From: Archangium sp.
GTDB taxonomy: Bacteria > Myxococcota > Myxococcia > Myxococcales > Myxococcaceae
Direction: 5' to 3'
Assembly: GCA_031367385.1 (NCBI GenBank)
Contig: JANLPS010000186.1
Coordinates: 1-27,323 of the forward strand
Length of the DNA stretch: 27,323 nucleotides
Shown: positions 18,245-27,184 of the stretch, piece by piece
How the letters are laid out: each line of letters starts with the position of its first letter
Numbering within the stretch: position 1 is the first letter of the stretch
Notes under the pieces: generated by a model
The model's input: the letters and a program-made list of their open reading frames with translations, nothing else
Database searches by the model: none
Told to the model about the DNA's origin: nothing
Program-made: the position numbers and the translations under genes

Positions 18245-18416
18245 GACGTGCCTCCGGCGATTGATCGATCAACGGGAGTTGCGCGACGGCTTCAACGTCA
18301 CGCGCGCGAGTAAAGACCAGCGTTCGCAGCACGATGGCCACGAACGTCAGCCCGAAGAGCAGCAGGGCCAGCATCGGGGCCAAGGTGTCCATCCCTTCGT
18401 AGAAGGTTCTGTACAT
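18237..18416 (-). CDS. ccoQ: cbb3 oxidase small subunit CcoQ (59 aa)
   Basis: ATG overlaps the ccoNO stop (TAATG). One TM helix is followed by A.LPL, and the gene lies between ccoO and ccoP. Confidence 0.85.
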   Translation of the reverse strand: MYRTFYEGMDTLAPMLALLLFGLTFVAIVLRTLVFTRARDVEAVAQLPLIDQSPEARHE

Positions 18417-20740
18417 TACGGGGCTCCTGCTGGTGCTTGTGCCGTGGGGGCTGTCTCGCTGAAGCGAACTCCATGGTCTCTGCCGAGCCTCTGCAGGTAC
18501 GCGATCATCGCGACGATCTCGTGGTCCCACGCGACGACGACGCCTTGCGCTGCGAGATCGGTCGCGATGACCGAGCCTTGCGCTCGCTGGCTGGCTTCGG
18601 CGGTGTCGATTTGCGCTTGGGTGTAGGGCACTCCGAGCTTGAGCATCAGGCGGAGCTTGTCGACCGCGAGTGGTGCGTTGATCTTCTGCGTCGCCAGCCA
18701 CGAGTACGACGGCATGTTCGAGCCCTGACTGGTCGCCCGCGGGTCGAGCAGGTGGGTGTAGTGCCACAAGCTGGGGTACTTGCCGCCGACGCGATGCAGG
18801 TCTGGCCCAGTTCGCTTCGAGCCCCATTGAAACGGGTGATCGTAGATGAACTCCTCTGAACGTGACGCTTCGCCGTAGCGCTGGGTCTCGGCCGTCAGAG
18901 GCCGAATCATCTGCGAGTGACAGACGTAGCAGCCCTCGCGCGTGTACAAGTCACGGCCCTGGAGCTCGAGCGCCGTGTACGGCGTCTGCGATTGCCCGCT
19001 GGTCGGCACGGCCTGCTTGATGAGAATGGTCGGGAGCAGCTCGGCGACTCCGCCGATGAGCACTGAGATGAGCGTGAGCACCGTGAAGGCCATCGGGCGA
19101 TGCTCGATCACCTCGAACCACGACGCTTTGCCCTGGGCCCGTTCGCGTTTGTTGATCACGAACGCCACTTCGCCGATCACCAAGACGGCGACGGCCAACC
19201 CGACCGCGACCCAGGTCGAAGCGAAGATGAAGCCGGCCGCAGCACCCAGCGCCAGCACCGTGAACCACAGCGGGCGACCGGTGAGCACCTGAACCAGCGA
19301 CCCGGGCAGTGGCTGGTGCTCTTCAATCACCACCTCGACCTCGCCGTTGACGGCGCGCCCGGTGGCGATGGTCTTCGCCAGGTTCCAGATCATCAGGCAG
19401 AACCCGATCAGGTACATGCCGCCGCCCAAGAATCGCACGATGTACATCGGCCGAATCGCGATCACCGTCTCGACGAAGCTCGGGTACATCAGCGCTCCGT
19501 CGGGCCCGACCGCTTTGAGCATCAGGCCCTGGTTCACGCCCGCGACCCACATCGCGATGATGTAGGCAGCGATGCCGATGGTGCCGAGCCAGAAGTGCGC
19601 GTCAGCCGCCTTCTTCGAGTAGAGCGTGGTGCCGTACAGCCTCGGCACCAGCCAGTAGAACATGCCCGCCGCCATGAACCCGTTCCACCCGAGGGCGCCG
19701 CCGTGCACGTGCCCGATGATCCAATCGGTGTAGTGGGCGAGTGACGAGACCGATTTGATCGACAGCAGCGGCCCCTCGAAAGTGGCCATGCCGTAAAAGG
19801 TCAACCCGGCGACGAAGAACTTGAGCACCGGGTCTTCGCGCACGCGGCCCCACGCGCCCTTGAGTGTGAGCAGGCCGTTCAACATGCCACCCCACGACGG
19901 CGCCCAGAGCATCAGCGAGAACACCATGCCCAGCGACTGCGCCCAATCAGGCAACGCGGTGTAGAGCAGGTGATGCGGGCCAGCCCAGATGTACATGAAT
20001 ACCAACGCCCAGAAGTGAACGATGGAGAGCCGGTACGAGTACACCGGGCGCTGCGCAGCCTTCGGCAAGAAGTAATACATGATGCCGAGAATCGGAGTGG
20101 TCAGGAAAAAGGCCACCGCGTTGTGGCCGTACCACCACTGCACCAGCGCGTCTTGCGTGCCTGAGAACGCCGAATACGACTTGAAGAAGGTGAGCGGCAG
20201 CTCGAACGAGTTCACGATGTGCAGCACCGCTACCGTGATGATGGTCGCGATGTAGAACCAGAGCGCGACGTAGAGGTGCTTCTCGTTTCGTCTCGCCAAG
20301 GTCCAAAAGAAGTTGATCGCGAAGACGACCCAGATCGCGGTGATCGCCAGGTCGATGGGCCACTCGAGCTCGGCGTACTCTTTCGAGGTCGTGAGCCCCA
20401 TGGGCAGGCTGATGGCCGCCGCCACGATGATCAGCTGCCAGCCCCAGAAGTGAATCGACGAGAGCAGGTCACTCGCCATGCGCTGCCGGGTCAGCCGCTG
20501 CGTCGAGTAGTACACGCCTGCGAACATCATGTTGCCGACGAACGCGAAGATGACCGCGTTGGTGTGCAGCGGCCGCAGTCGCGAGAAGGTCAGGTATTGC
20601 GTGCCGAAGTTCATCTGAAACCAGACCATCTGGCTCGCGATGAGCAGGCCGACCAAGAGGCCCACGGCTCCGAAGAGCACTGATGCAAAAATGAACTTTC
20701 GAACGATGCTGTCGTCGTACTCAATGCGCTGCTTGTGCAT
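18416..20740 (-). CDS. ccoNO: fused cbb3 cytochrome c oxidase subunits I and II
   Basis: CcoN motifs RLRPLHTNAVIFAF, WWYGHNAVAF, WAGPHHL and IIGHVH are followed in frame by CcoO motifs GRDLYTREGCYVCHSQMIRP, WGSKRTGPDL and SNMPSY. ATG 20740 overlaps the ccoS stop (TGATG). Confidence 0.97.
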   Translation of the reverse strand: MHKQRIEYDDSIVRKFIFASVLFGAVGLLVGLLIASQMVWFQMNFGTQYLTFSRLRPLHTNAVIFAFVGNMMFAGVYYSTQRLTRQRMASDLLSSIHFWGWQLIIVAAAISLPMGLTTSKEYAELEWPIDLAITAIWVVFAINFFWTLARRNEKHLYVALWFYIATIITVAVLHIVNSFELPLTFFKSYSAFSGTQDALVQWWYGHNAVAFFLTTPILGIMYYFLPKAAQRPVYSYRLSIVHFWALVFMYIWAGPHHLLYTALPDWAQSLGMVFSLMLWAPSWGGMLNGLLTLKGAWGRVREDPVLKFFVAGLTFYGMATFEGPLLSIKSVSSLAHYTDWIIGHVHGGALGWNGFMAAGMFYWLVPRLYGTTLYSKKAADAHFWLGTIGIAAYIIAMWVAGVNQGLMLKAVGPDGALMYPSFVETVIAIRPMYIVRFLGGGMYLIGFCLMIWNLAKTIATGRAVNGEVEVVIEEHQPLPGSLVQVLTGRPLWFTVLALGAAAGFIFASTWVAVGLAVAVLVIGEVAFVINKRERAQGKASWFEVIEHRPMAFTVLTLISVLIGGVAELLPTILIKQAVPTSGQSQTPYTALELQGRDLYTREGCYVCHSQMIRPLTAETQRYGEASRSEEFIYDHPFQWGSKRTGPDLHRVGGKYPSLWHYTHLLDPRATSQGSNMPSYSWLATQKINAPLAVDKLRLMLKLGVPYTQAQIDTAEASQRAQGSVIATDLAAQGVVVAWDHEIVAMIAYLQRLGRDHGVRFSETAPTAQAPAGAP

Positions 20741-20919
20741 CACGGGGCTCCAGGGCCTGTGGGCGGGGCGTGCTTCGGAGGGGCGTCGGGCTCGAGCGGA
20801 GCCAACGCGAGGCGTTCGGAGTGCTCGAGCGTCTTCGAGCGCACCGTGTAGACGAACAGGGTCACCGAGCCGGCCACCAACATCAGACTCACGAAGACTT
20901 GCAGCACGATGATGCTCAC
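20740..20919 (-). CDS. ccoS: cbb3 oxidase maturation protein CcoS-like (59 aa)
   Basis: GTG 20919 overlaps the ccoI stop (GTGA). MSIIVLQVFVSLMLV..F is a single TM helix, and the gene directly follows ccoI. Confidence 0.75.
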   Translation of the reverse strand: MSIIVLQVFVSLMLVAGSVTLFVYTVRSKTLEHSERLALAPLEPDAPPKHAPPTGPGAP

Positions 20920-23333
20920 CCGGCGCGCTCCGCCTCGTGCAGATTCTGCGTGCTCACGGAGCACCACGCAGCCGTTTCGCCCGTGCGTCGCCGCAGGCTC
21001 AGCGCGGTGATCGCCAGCAAGGTGAGGGTGCTCAACGGCATGGTGATGGCCGCGAGGAGTGGCGACATCTTGCCGAAGAGGGCCAGGCCGACCGCGAACA
21101 CATTGTAGGTCAGGCTCAGCGCGAGAATGCGTTGCACGACGCGGCGCAGTTGCGTGGCCCGTGCCAACGCTTCGCGAATCGGCGAGAGGCTTTGACCCAC
21201 CAGAAAGAAGTCGCTCTTGCCGGGCATCACCGGCCGGTCGATGACCGGGGTACCGGCGACGTGCGCTTGCGCAAAGGCGAGTGAATCGTTCACGCCGTCT
21301 CCCAGGTAGAGCGTGTCTTGATCATCGAGGCGCTCGACGATGGCGGCCTTGGCCTCAGGCGTTTGCCCGGCGAGCGCGTGGCTCGCGTCGAGGCCGAGGG
21401 TGTGTGCGAGTTGCGAGACCCGAGCCGTCGAGTCTCCGCTGACGAGCCAGATCGCCAGCCCTTCGCGTTGCATCAGGCCCAGCTCACGGGCGGTGTCGGC
21501 TCGCAGCGATTCGCGGGTCGCAAACGAAGCCATCACCGCGCCATCGCAGGTGAGCACGGTGTTCGAGGTGGCTTCAGCAGCGGCTGCCCAGTCAGGTCGC
21601 CCGAGGCGCCAGGTGCCATCGGGCCTGCTCCATTCGAGCCCCCGGCCTTGAAGCTCGGTGACCTGCGCGTGTGGGTCGTAGATCGGGTGAAGCGCCTGGA
21701 GCGCGCCGGAGATGGCGCAGCTCACCGGGTGGCTCGAGCGCGCGGCCATGTTGTACGCGAGGTCTCGTAGCGCGGGGTTCAGCCGGGGCACGTCGGCCAG
21801 CTCGAGGCGGCCCAGGGTGAGAGTGCCGGTCTTGTCGAAGAGCACCTTCTTGATGCCGGTCAACCGGTCGAGCAGATCAGCGCTGCGAATGAAGAACCCG
21901 CTGCGGCGCAGCTGCGCCTGGGTCACTTCGTACGCGAGCGGTATGGCGATGCCGATGGCGCACGGGCAGGTGACGACCAGAAGCGAGACCGCGACGTTGA
22001 TGGCCGTGTCGAGCCCTTCTGGGAGCCACGCCATGAACCCGGCGGTGGCGATCAGCAAGACCTTCACGACCCAGCTCCGGGCGACCCCGTTCCACAGCGC
22101 GAGATGCCGGGGGTGGCGACCGTCGACCACCCGGGTCTGCCTCAGCAGGGCGACCAGCGTTGAGTCGGCGAAGTTGGTTCGCGCCACGACATGCAGCGCC
22201 TGGCCACCTGCGTTGAAGCTGCCGGCGGGCAGAACGCTGCCTTCGCTCACGTCTCTCTTGGCCGATTCTCCGGTCACCCAATCGGTGCTGATCAACGCCG
22301 TGGGCTCGACCAGCGTCGCCTCGACGGGGATGAGCTCTCCCGGCGCGACGAGGAGGAGGTCACCTCGCGCGATGCGGGGCGCGGGGATGATGACCAGTGA
22401 CGGGCCCTCGACCCGTCGCACGAGAATGCCCTCGGCCCCTTCGTCTTCGAGCAAGAACCTGCGATTTCGCTCGAGCAGCCGCTCTTGAAGAAACCGCCCC
22501 AGCACCATCAATGTGATGAAGGTGTTCAGCGTGTCGAAGTACGTCAGGTCGCCACGACCGGTGCGCAGCTGGAGCAACGACATGCCGTAGACCAGGCAGA
22601 TGCCGAGGGCGATCGGCGCATCGAGGTGAAGCAGGCCGCTGCGGGCTCCGCGAATGGCCGCTCTGAAAAAGGGCCACCCGCCGATGACCACGACCGCAGT
22701 CGAGAGGGCGCACGAGAGCCAGGTGAAGAGTGAAAAGACCTCGGGCTCGTCGCGGCTCAGGCCGAAGTAAAAGCTGAGCGAGAACAACATCACGTTGACC
22801 GACAACCCCGCGCAGATGCCCAGACGAAGCGGCCAGTCGAATGAACGCGCGCTGCTCTTCTTTCGAGCGGGCCCCAGCTGATACCCGTACCCCTCGACCT
22901 CGCGCACCCACCCATCGACGTCGAAGACGCCCTTCGACCATTGCAGGTGGGCTTGCCCAAGCGCAGGGTTGACGGTCAGGCTCGCCGCCCCCGCTCGCCG
23001 AGCGAAGGTCTCGTTCATCAGCCACACGCACGCCGCGCACTCGATGCCTTGAATGTCGAGCTGCAGCGAGCACACCTCGCCGCTTTGCTGCTGTGCCGCC
23101 TCGACGAGCGGCTCGAGCCAGGTGTGGCTCCTCGCGCTGGGCAGCTCTGCGACGGGGCTGACTTGCGCTGCCCCAGCGAGGTCATAGAACCGGCCCAGGC
23201 CCTGTTCGAGCAGGAGGTCGTGAACGGCGCGACACCCACGGCAACAGAACGGCGCAAACGCTGCGCCCGCATCGAGGGCCGTTCGACAGTGCAAGCAGCA
23301 GAGACTTGGGGTTTTTCTCAAAAGCGGGCTCAC
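20916..23333 (-). CDS. ccoI: P1B-type copper ATPase CcoI/FixI
   Basis: CLHC..FCCRGC N-terminus, CAAC metal-binding domain, TGES, CPC, DKTGT, HP, GDGVND, YN and MPLS. The start is uncertain; GTG 23333 was chosen. Confidence 0.93.
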   Translation of the reverse strand: MSPLLRKTPSLCCLHCRTALDAGAAFAPFCCRGCRAVHDLLLEQGLGRFYDLAGAAQVSPVAELPSARSHTWLEPLVEAAQQQSGEVCSLQLDIQGIECAACVWLMNETFARRAGAASLTVNPALGQAHLQWSKGVFDVDGWVREVEGYGYQLGPARKKSSARSFDWPLRLGICAGLSVNVMLFSLSFYFGLSRDEPEVFSLFTWLSCALSTAVVVIGGWPFFRAAIRGARSGLLHLDAPIALGICLVYGMSLLQLRTGRGDLTYFDTLNTFITLMVLGRFLQERLLERNRRFLLEDEGAEGILVRRVEGPSLVIIPAPRIARGDLLLVAPGELIPVEATLVEPTALISTDWVTGESAKRDVSEGSVLPAGSFNAGGQALHVVARTNFADSTLVALLRQTRVVDGRHPRHLALWNGVARSWVVKVLLIATAGFMAWLPEGLDTAINVAVSLLVVTCPCAIGIAIPLAYEVTQAQLRRSGFFIRSADLLDRLTGIKKVLFDKTGTLTLGRLELADVPRLNPALRDLAYNMAARSSHPVSCAISGALQALHPIYDPHAQVTELQGRGLEWSRPDGTWRLGRPDWAAAAEATSNTVLTCDGAVMASFATRESLRADTARELGLMQREGLAIWLVSGDSTARVSQLAHTLGLDASHALAGQTPEAKAAIVERLDDQDTLYLGDGVNDSLAFAQAHVAGTPVIDRPVMPGKSDFFLVGQSLSPIREALARATQLRRVVQRILALSLTYNVFAVGLALFGKMSPLLAAITMPLSTLTLLAITALSLRRRTGETAAWCSVSTQNLHEAERAG

Positions 23334-23346
23334 CGGCACCGCTGAC

Positions 23347-23368
23347 TGCGAGCGGCATACCGGTTGAA
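23347..23368. promoter_or_regulatory. overlapping divergent sigma54-like motifs
   Basis: Minus CGGTATGCCGCTCGCA (23347-23362) precedes the ccoI GTG. Plus CGGCATACCGGTTGAA (23353-23368) precedes ATG 23381. Confidence 0.4.
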
Positions 23369-23380
23369 GATGGCCGATGT

Positions 23381-24133
23381 ATGGAAGTTGGGTTTCTCGA
23401 GCTTGGCGTGACTGGAGCGGCGACTGCATGGGTCGCCGGCGCGATGGGCAGCCTGCACTGTGCGGTGATGTGCGGGCCGCTGGCGTGCGCGGGAGTCTCG
23501 AGCGAGAAGGCAACGCACAAACGGTCAATGCTCGCCTGGCAGGCCGGCCGGGTCGGCTCGTACGCCGCGATTGGCCTCGCGCTCGGGGCCGCAGGTCACC
23601 TCGTAGCGCACCAGCTCTCGGTCTCGGTTCAGCCCTACCTGCCGTGGGTGATGGCCGCGGGGCTGCTCGCGACTGCCTTCGAGGTGGGCAAGCACTTGGC
23701 GCCGCTCCCGGGGTTCTCGAGCATCGCGCGCGCTTTGGTGCGCTGGGGAGCGCGGGTCAGCCCGGTCACGCGGGCCGCAGCGATGGGCGCGGCGACGCCG
23801 TTCTTGCCCTGTGGGTTGCTGTACGGCGTTTTTCTCGCGGCGATCGGCGCTGGCACGGGGCTCGGCGGCGCGATGGTGATGGGTTTCTTCGCGCTCGGCG
23901 GCGCTCCGGCCTTGGCGAGCGCCCAGCTCGGTTCACGCTGGGGGGCTCGCTGGCCAAGGGGCACCGTGGTGCTTCGGCGTGCAGCAGCGGTGCTCGCGGC
24001 GGTGACGCTGATCTGGCGGGCCTTGCACGCGCCTGAAGGGGCGCCTCCATCATGTCACTCGACCTCGCCGAGCGCATCGATTGCGCCCAGCGAAAATTCT
24101 GCGCTGTCGTTTCTCGAAAGGACCTCACAATGA
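23381..24133 (+). CDS. TauE/SafE (DsbD_2-type) membrane protein associated with cbb3 biogenesis
   Basis: GSLHCAVMCGP, GRVGSYAAIG, FLPCGLLYG, MGFFALG and SCH near the C-terminus. Confidence 0.9.
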   Translation: MEVGFLELGVTGAATAWVAGAMGSLHCAVMCGPLACAGVSSEKATHKRSMLAWQAGRVGSYAAIGLALGAAGHLVAHQLSVSVQPYLPWVMAAGLLATAFEVGKHLAPLPGFSSIARALVRWGARVSPVTRAAAMGAATPFLPCGLLYGVFLAAIGAGTGLGGAMVMGFFALGGAPALASAQLGSRWGARWPRGTVVLRRAAAVLAAVTLIWRALHAPEGAPPSCHSTSPSASIAPSENSALSFLERTSQ

Positions 24134-24549
24134 AATACCACCTGCTGACCCTCACCGTGTTCGTCTCATTCACCGCGTTTGGCGCCGAGGCCAAACCCAA
24201 AGAGACCAAGCCCGGCTTCGTGCTCGGCGGCACCCCCGCCAACGGGCAAGTCACCTTCAAGACCTACTGCAACAGCTGCCACGGAGACACCGGCGCGGGT
24301 GACGGCCCTGCCTCGGCTGCGCTCACCCCGAAGCCCGCGAACTTCACCGACCCGAAGCATGCCGCCGAGGTCACCGATGAATACATCTACAAGATGGTCA
24401 AAGACGGCGGGGCCGCGAATGGCAAATCGCCGTTGATGGTCGCGTGGGGGCCCGTGCTGGGTGACGACGCGAAGGTGCGCGATGTCGCGGCCTACGTTCG
24501 CACCCTGGCCAAACCCGCGGCAGGCTCGAAGAAGCCGAGCAAGAAGTAG
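24130..24549 (+). CDS. secreted monoheme class I cytochrome c
   Basis: AAAGGA SD and ATGA overlap, signal peptide, [21 protein letters not shown] and Met ligand in SPLMVAW. Confidence 0.92.
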   Translation: MKYHLLTLTVFVSFTAFGAEAKPKETKPGFVLGGTPANGQVTFKTYCNSCHGDTGAGDGPASAALTPKPANFTDPKHAAEVTDEYIYKMVKDGGAANGKSPLMVAWGPVLGDDAKVRDVAAYVRTLAKPAAGSKKPSKK

Positions 24550-24578
24550 ATGACGTGCAACGGTGCTACCTTTCGCGC

Positions 24579-25724
24579 GTGGGCGAGACTCTGTTCGACG
24601 AGTTGAAGCGGTACGTCGGCTTCAATGCCGATGACGAGCACGTGCTGCGGGGCTTGCAAGCCGTGGTGGTGCCAGAGATGTCGCGCATCACCGACGTCTT
24701 CTACCAGCGCATTCTCGACCACGATGGGTCTCGCAAGGCATTGGAGGGTGGCGAGTCGCGCATCGGTCAGCTCAAGCTCACGCTTCAAGTCTGGCTGCAG
24801 AAGGTGCTCAGCGGCCCGTGGGACGAAGCGTATTTCGAGCTTCGCTGTCGCATCGGTCGCTTGCATGTGCGCATCGCGTTGCCCCAGCACTACATGTTCG
24901 CCGCGATGAACGTGTTGCGCAGTGAGCTCAACGAGCTGATTGATCGACCCACCGTGACACTGGTGCACTCGAAGGCGGCTGCTCGGTCATCGCTGGGCAA
25001 GATCCTCGATCTCGAGCTCGCCATCATGCTCCACACGTACCGGGAGGACCTGATGACCCAGCAGTCGAGCATCGAGCGCCTGGCGACCTTCGGGCAATTG
25101 GTGGGTTCAATCGGTCATGAGCTGCGCAACCCGCTTGGGGTGATGGAGAGCTCGCTCCATATCTTGAAATCGCGGCTCGGCGACGATGCGCGGGCCCACA
25201 AGCACGCAGATCGAATCGGTACGCAAATCGACATCGCCAACAAAATCATCACCGACCTGCTCGATATGATTCGCGACAACCCGCTGGCCATCGAATCGCT
25301 CGACGTGGGCGCGGTCATCACCGACCTGCTCGGCAGCCTCACGCTGGCGCCTGGTGTCACGGTCGAGCTCGAGGGGTTCAAAGAATTGCCCAGGGTCAAC
25401 GGAGACGCTGGTCAGCTGCGTCAGCTCTTCTTGAACCTGCTCGAGAACGCCGGCCACGCCTGCGGCGCCGAAGGCCAGATACGAGTCTTCGGGTCGACCG
25501 AGGGCCCGCTCGTGCGCATCGTGGTTCAAGACACTGGCCCGGGGGTCGACGACGCGACGCGCAGGCGCCTGTTCGAGCCGCTCGTCACCACCAAAGAGAA
25601 GGGCGTCGGCCTCGGGCTGGCATTGGTCAAGCGCATCGTCGAGCGTCACGGCGGGTCGGTTCGGTACGAGCATCGCCCCGAGGCTGGCGCACGCTTCGTC
25701 GTGGAGGTGCCCCGTGCCGGGTGA
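24579..25724 (+). CDS. globin-coupled (heme O2-sensing) histidine kinase, AfGcHK-like
   Basis: Sensor globin [14 protein letters not shown] (B10 Tyr)..RIGRLH (proximal His)..[19 protein letters not shown]-box [11 protein letters not shown] box NLLENA, G boxes DTGPG and GVGLGL. GTG 24579 is preferred to 24555. Confidence 0.93.
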   Translation: MGETLFDELKRYVGFNADDEHVLRGLQAVVVPEMSRITDVFYQRILDHDGSRKALEGGESRIGQLKLTLQVWLQKVLSGPWDEAYFELRCRIGRLHVRIALPQHYMFAAMNVLRSELNELIDRPTVTLVHSKAAARSSLGKILDLELAIMLHTYREDLMTQQSSIERLATFGQLVGSIGHELRNPLGVMESSLHILKSRLGDDARAHKHADRIGTQIDIANKIITDLLDMIRDNPLAIESLDVGAVITDLLGSLTLAPGVTVELEGFKELPRVNGDAGQLRQLFLNLLENAGHACGAEGQIRVFGSTEGPLVRIVVQDTGPGVDDATRRRLFEPLVTTKEKGVGLGLALVKRIVERHGGSVRYEHRPEAGARFVVEVPRAG

Positions 25725-26091
25725 GAAGCGCCAGTACCTCATCGCCGATGACAACCGCGCGCTCGCCGAAAACCTGGCGGAGATCATGCGAGACCAGGGT
25801 GACGAGGTCTCCATCGCCAATGACGGGGCCGACGCGCTCCGGCTGATTCGGGGCAAGAAGTTCGATGCGCTGCTGACCGACATGCGAATGCCGCTGATGG
25901 GTGGCGCGGCGCTGATCAAGGCGATTCAAGGCGCTGACCCTGGCCTGCCGGTCGTCGTGATGACCGCGTACATCGGCGAGTCTGATCTCGTTGATGCCCG
26001 CCACTCGGGGGTGCTCGCGGTGTTGCCGAAGCCGGTGCCGATACCGCTCATGCTGTCTCTGGTGGGCGGTGCCCGCCGCGACGCCCGATGA
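25714..26091 (+). CDS. single-domain response regulator receiver protein
   Basis: [18 protein letters not shown] and PKP. GGAGG SD. Confidence 0.93.
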   Translation: MPGEKRQYLIADDNRALAENLAEIMRDQGDEVSIANDGADALRLIRGKKFDALLTDMRMPLMGGAALIKAIQGADPGLPVVVMTAYIGESDLVDARHSGVLAVLPKPVPIPLMLSLVGGARRDAR

Positions 26092-27176
26092 GCTCTTCAC
26101 GAAATCGAATCTTGGTGGTCGATGACAACGCGGCCCTGGTCGACAACCTTCAGGAGATTCTGACCGACGCGGGCTTCGTGGTGCTCACCGCATCGAGCTG
26201 CACCTCGGCTGTGAGCGCGGCCAAAGGAGGCTTCGACGTCGCGTTGGTCGACATGCGGCTCCCCGACGGCCTCGGCACTGATTTGCTGCGGGCCCTCAAG
26301 GCCACCCACTCGAGCGCGGAGTTCATTCTCTTGACCGGGTACTCGACCGTCGAAGCCGCGTCGGCCGCGATGAAGGCAGGTGCGTTTGCGTACTTGCCCA
26401 AGCCGTGCGCGACCGATGACCTGCTGCTTCACGTCAAGCAGGCCCAGCGCCAGGTTCAAGCCCAGGCCGATAAGCAGGCCATGGCCAGGCGCATTCAAGC
26501 GTCGGAGAAGCTCGCGGCCGTCGGCACCATGACCGCCGGGCTCTCACACGAAATTCGAAACCCACTCAACGCCGCGGGGCTGCAGCTCAGCGTGCTCGAG
26601 CACCGAATCGAGAAGCTGGCCGATGAGGTCAAGTCGCCGCTGCTCGCTCCGCTGCACTTGATTCGCGATGAGATCGAGCGGCTCGACCACCTGCTCGAAG
26701 ACTTCTTGCACATGGCCAGGCCTCGCGAGCCCGACCTCACGCGCGTCGACCTCGGGGCATTGGTGGGCCGGGTGCTCGATTTGTTCGAGCAAGACGCCGA
26801 GCGTCGCTTGGTTCACATTCATCGGCACTTCGAAGCCGAGGTCAGCGTCGATGCCGACGAGTACCAGCTCCGGCAAGTCGTGATGAACCTCTGCCTCAAC
26901 GCGCTCGAGGCCTCGCCCGAAAATGGTCGAATCGAAGTGACCGTCGGGGCAGCGCACACCGGGGTCGAGCTCACCATCGACGACTCCGGCAGCGGCGTGC
27001 CGCCCGAGCTGCGCGAGCGCATCTTCGAGCCGTTCTTCACCACCAAGGCCCAGGGGTCGGGGCTCGGGCTGCCCATCGTGCGGGCGATCATCATTCAGCA
27101 CGGCGGCTCGCTCGAGGTCTTCGAATCGTCTTCGGGCGGCGCACGGTTCGTGGTCAGCCTGCCCAGGCACCCGTGA
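26088..27176 (+). CDS. hybrid receiver-histidine kinase (REC-HisKA-HATPase)
   Basis: ILVVDDN, LVDMRLPDG, LTGY and PKP, then EKLAAVG..LSHEIRNPL, NLCLNA, DSGSG and FEPFFTTK.QGSGLGL. ATGA overlap. Confidence 0.95.
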   Translation: MSSSRNRILVVDDNAALVDNLQEILTDAGFVVLTASSCTSAVSAAKGGFDVALVDMRLPDGLGTDLLRALKATHSSAEFILLTGYSTVEAASAAMKAGAFAYLPKPCATDDLLLHVKQAQRQVQAQADKQAMARRIQASEKLAAVGTMTAGLSHEIRNPLNAAGLQLSVLEHRIEKLADEVKSPLLAPLHLIRDEIERLDHLLEDFLHMARPREPDLTRVDLGALVGRVLDLFEQDAERRLVHIHRHFEAEVSVDADEYQLRQVVMNLCLNALEASPENGRIEVTVGAAHTGVELTIDDSGSGVPPELRERIFEPFFTTKAQGSGLGLPIVRAIIIQHGGSLEVFESSSGGARFVVSLPRHP

Positions 27177-27184
27177 GCTAGTCG

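Noticed and set aside
18261..18272. Perfect palindrome TTGATCGATCAA resembling an FNR box upstream of ccoP
   Set aside because: The half-sites are 2 nt apart rather than 4, and it lies inside the ccoQ coding sequence (LIDQ) mid-operon.
20916..23528. 870-aa CcoI with a long N-terminal extension overlapping the tauE-like gene
   Set aside because: Family motifs begin at CLHC near 23300, and the extension is antisense to a well-supported gene.
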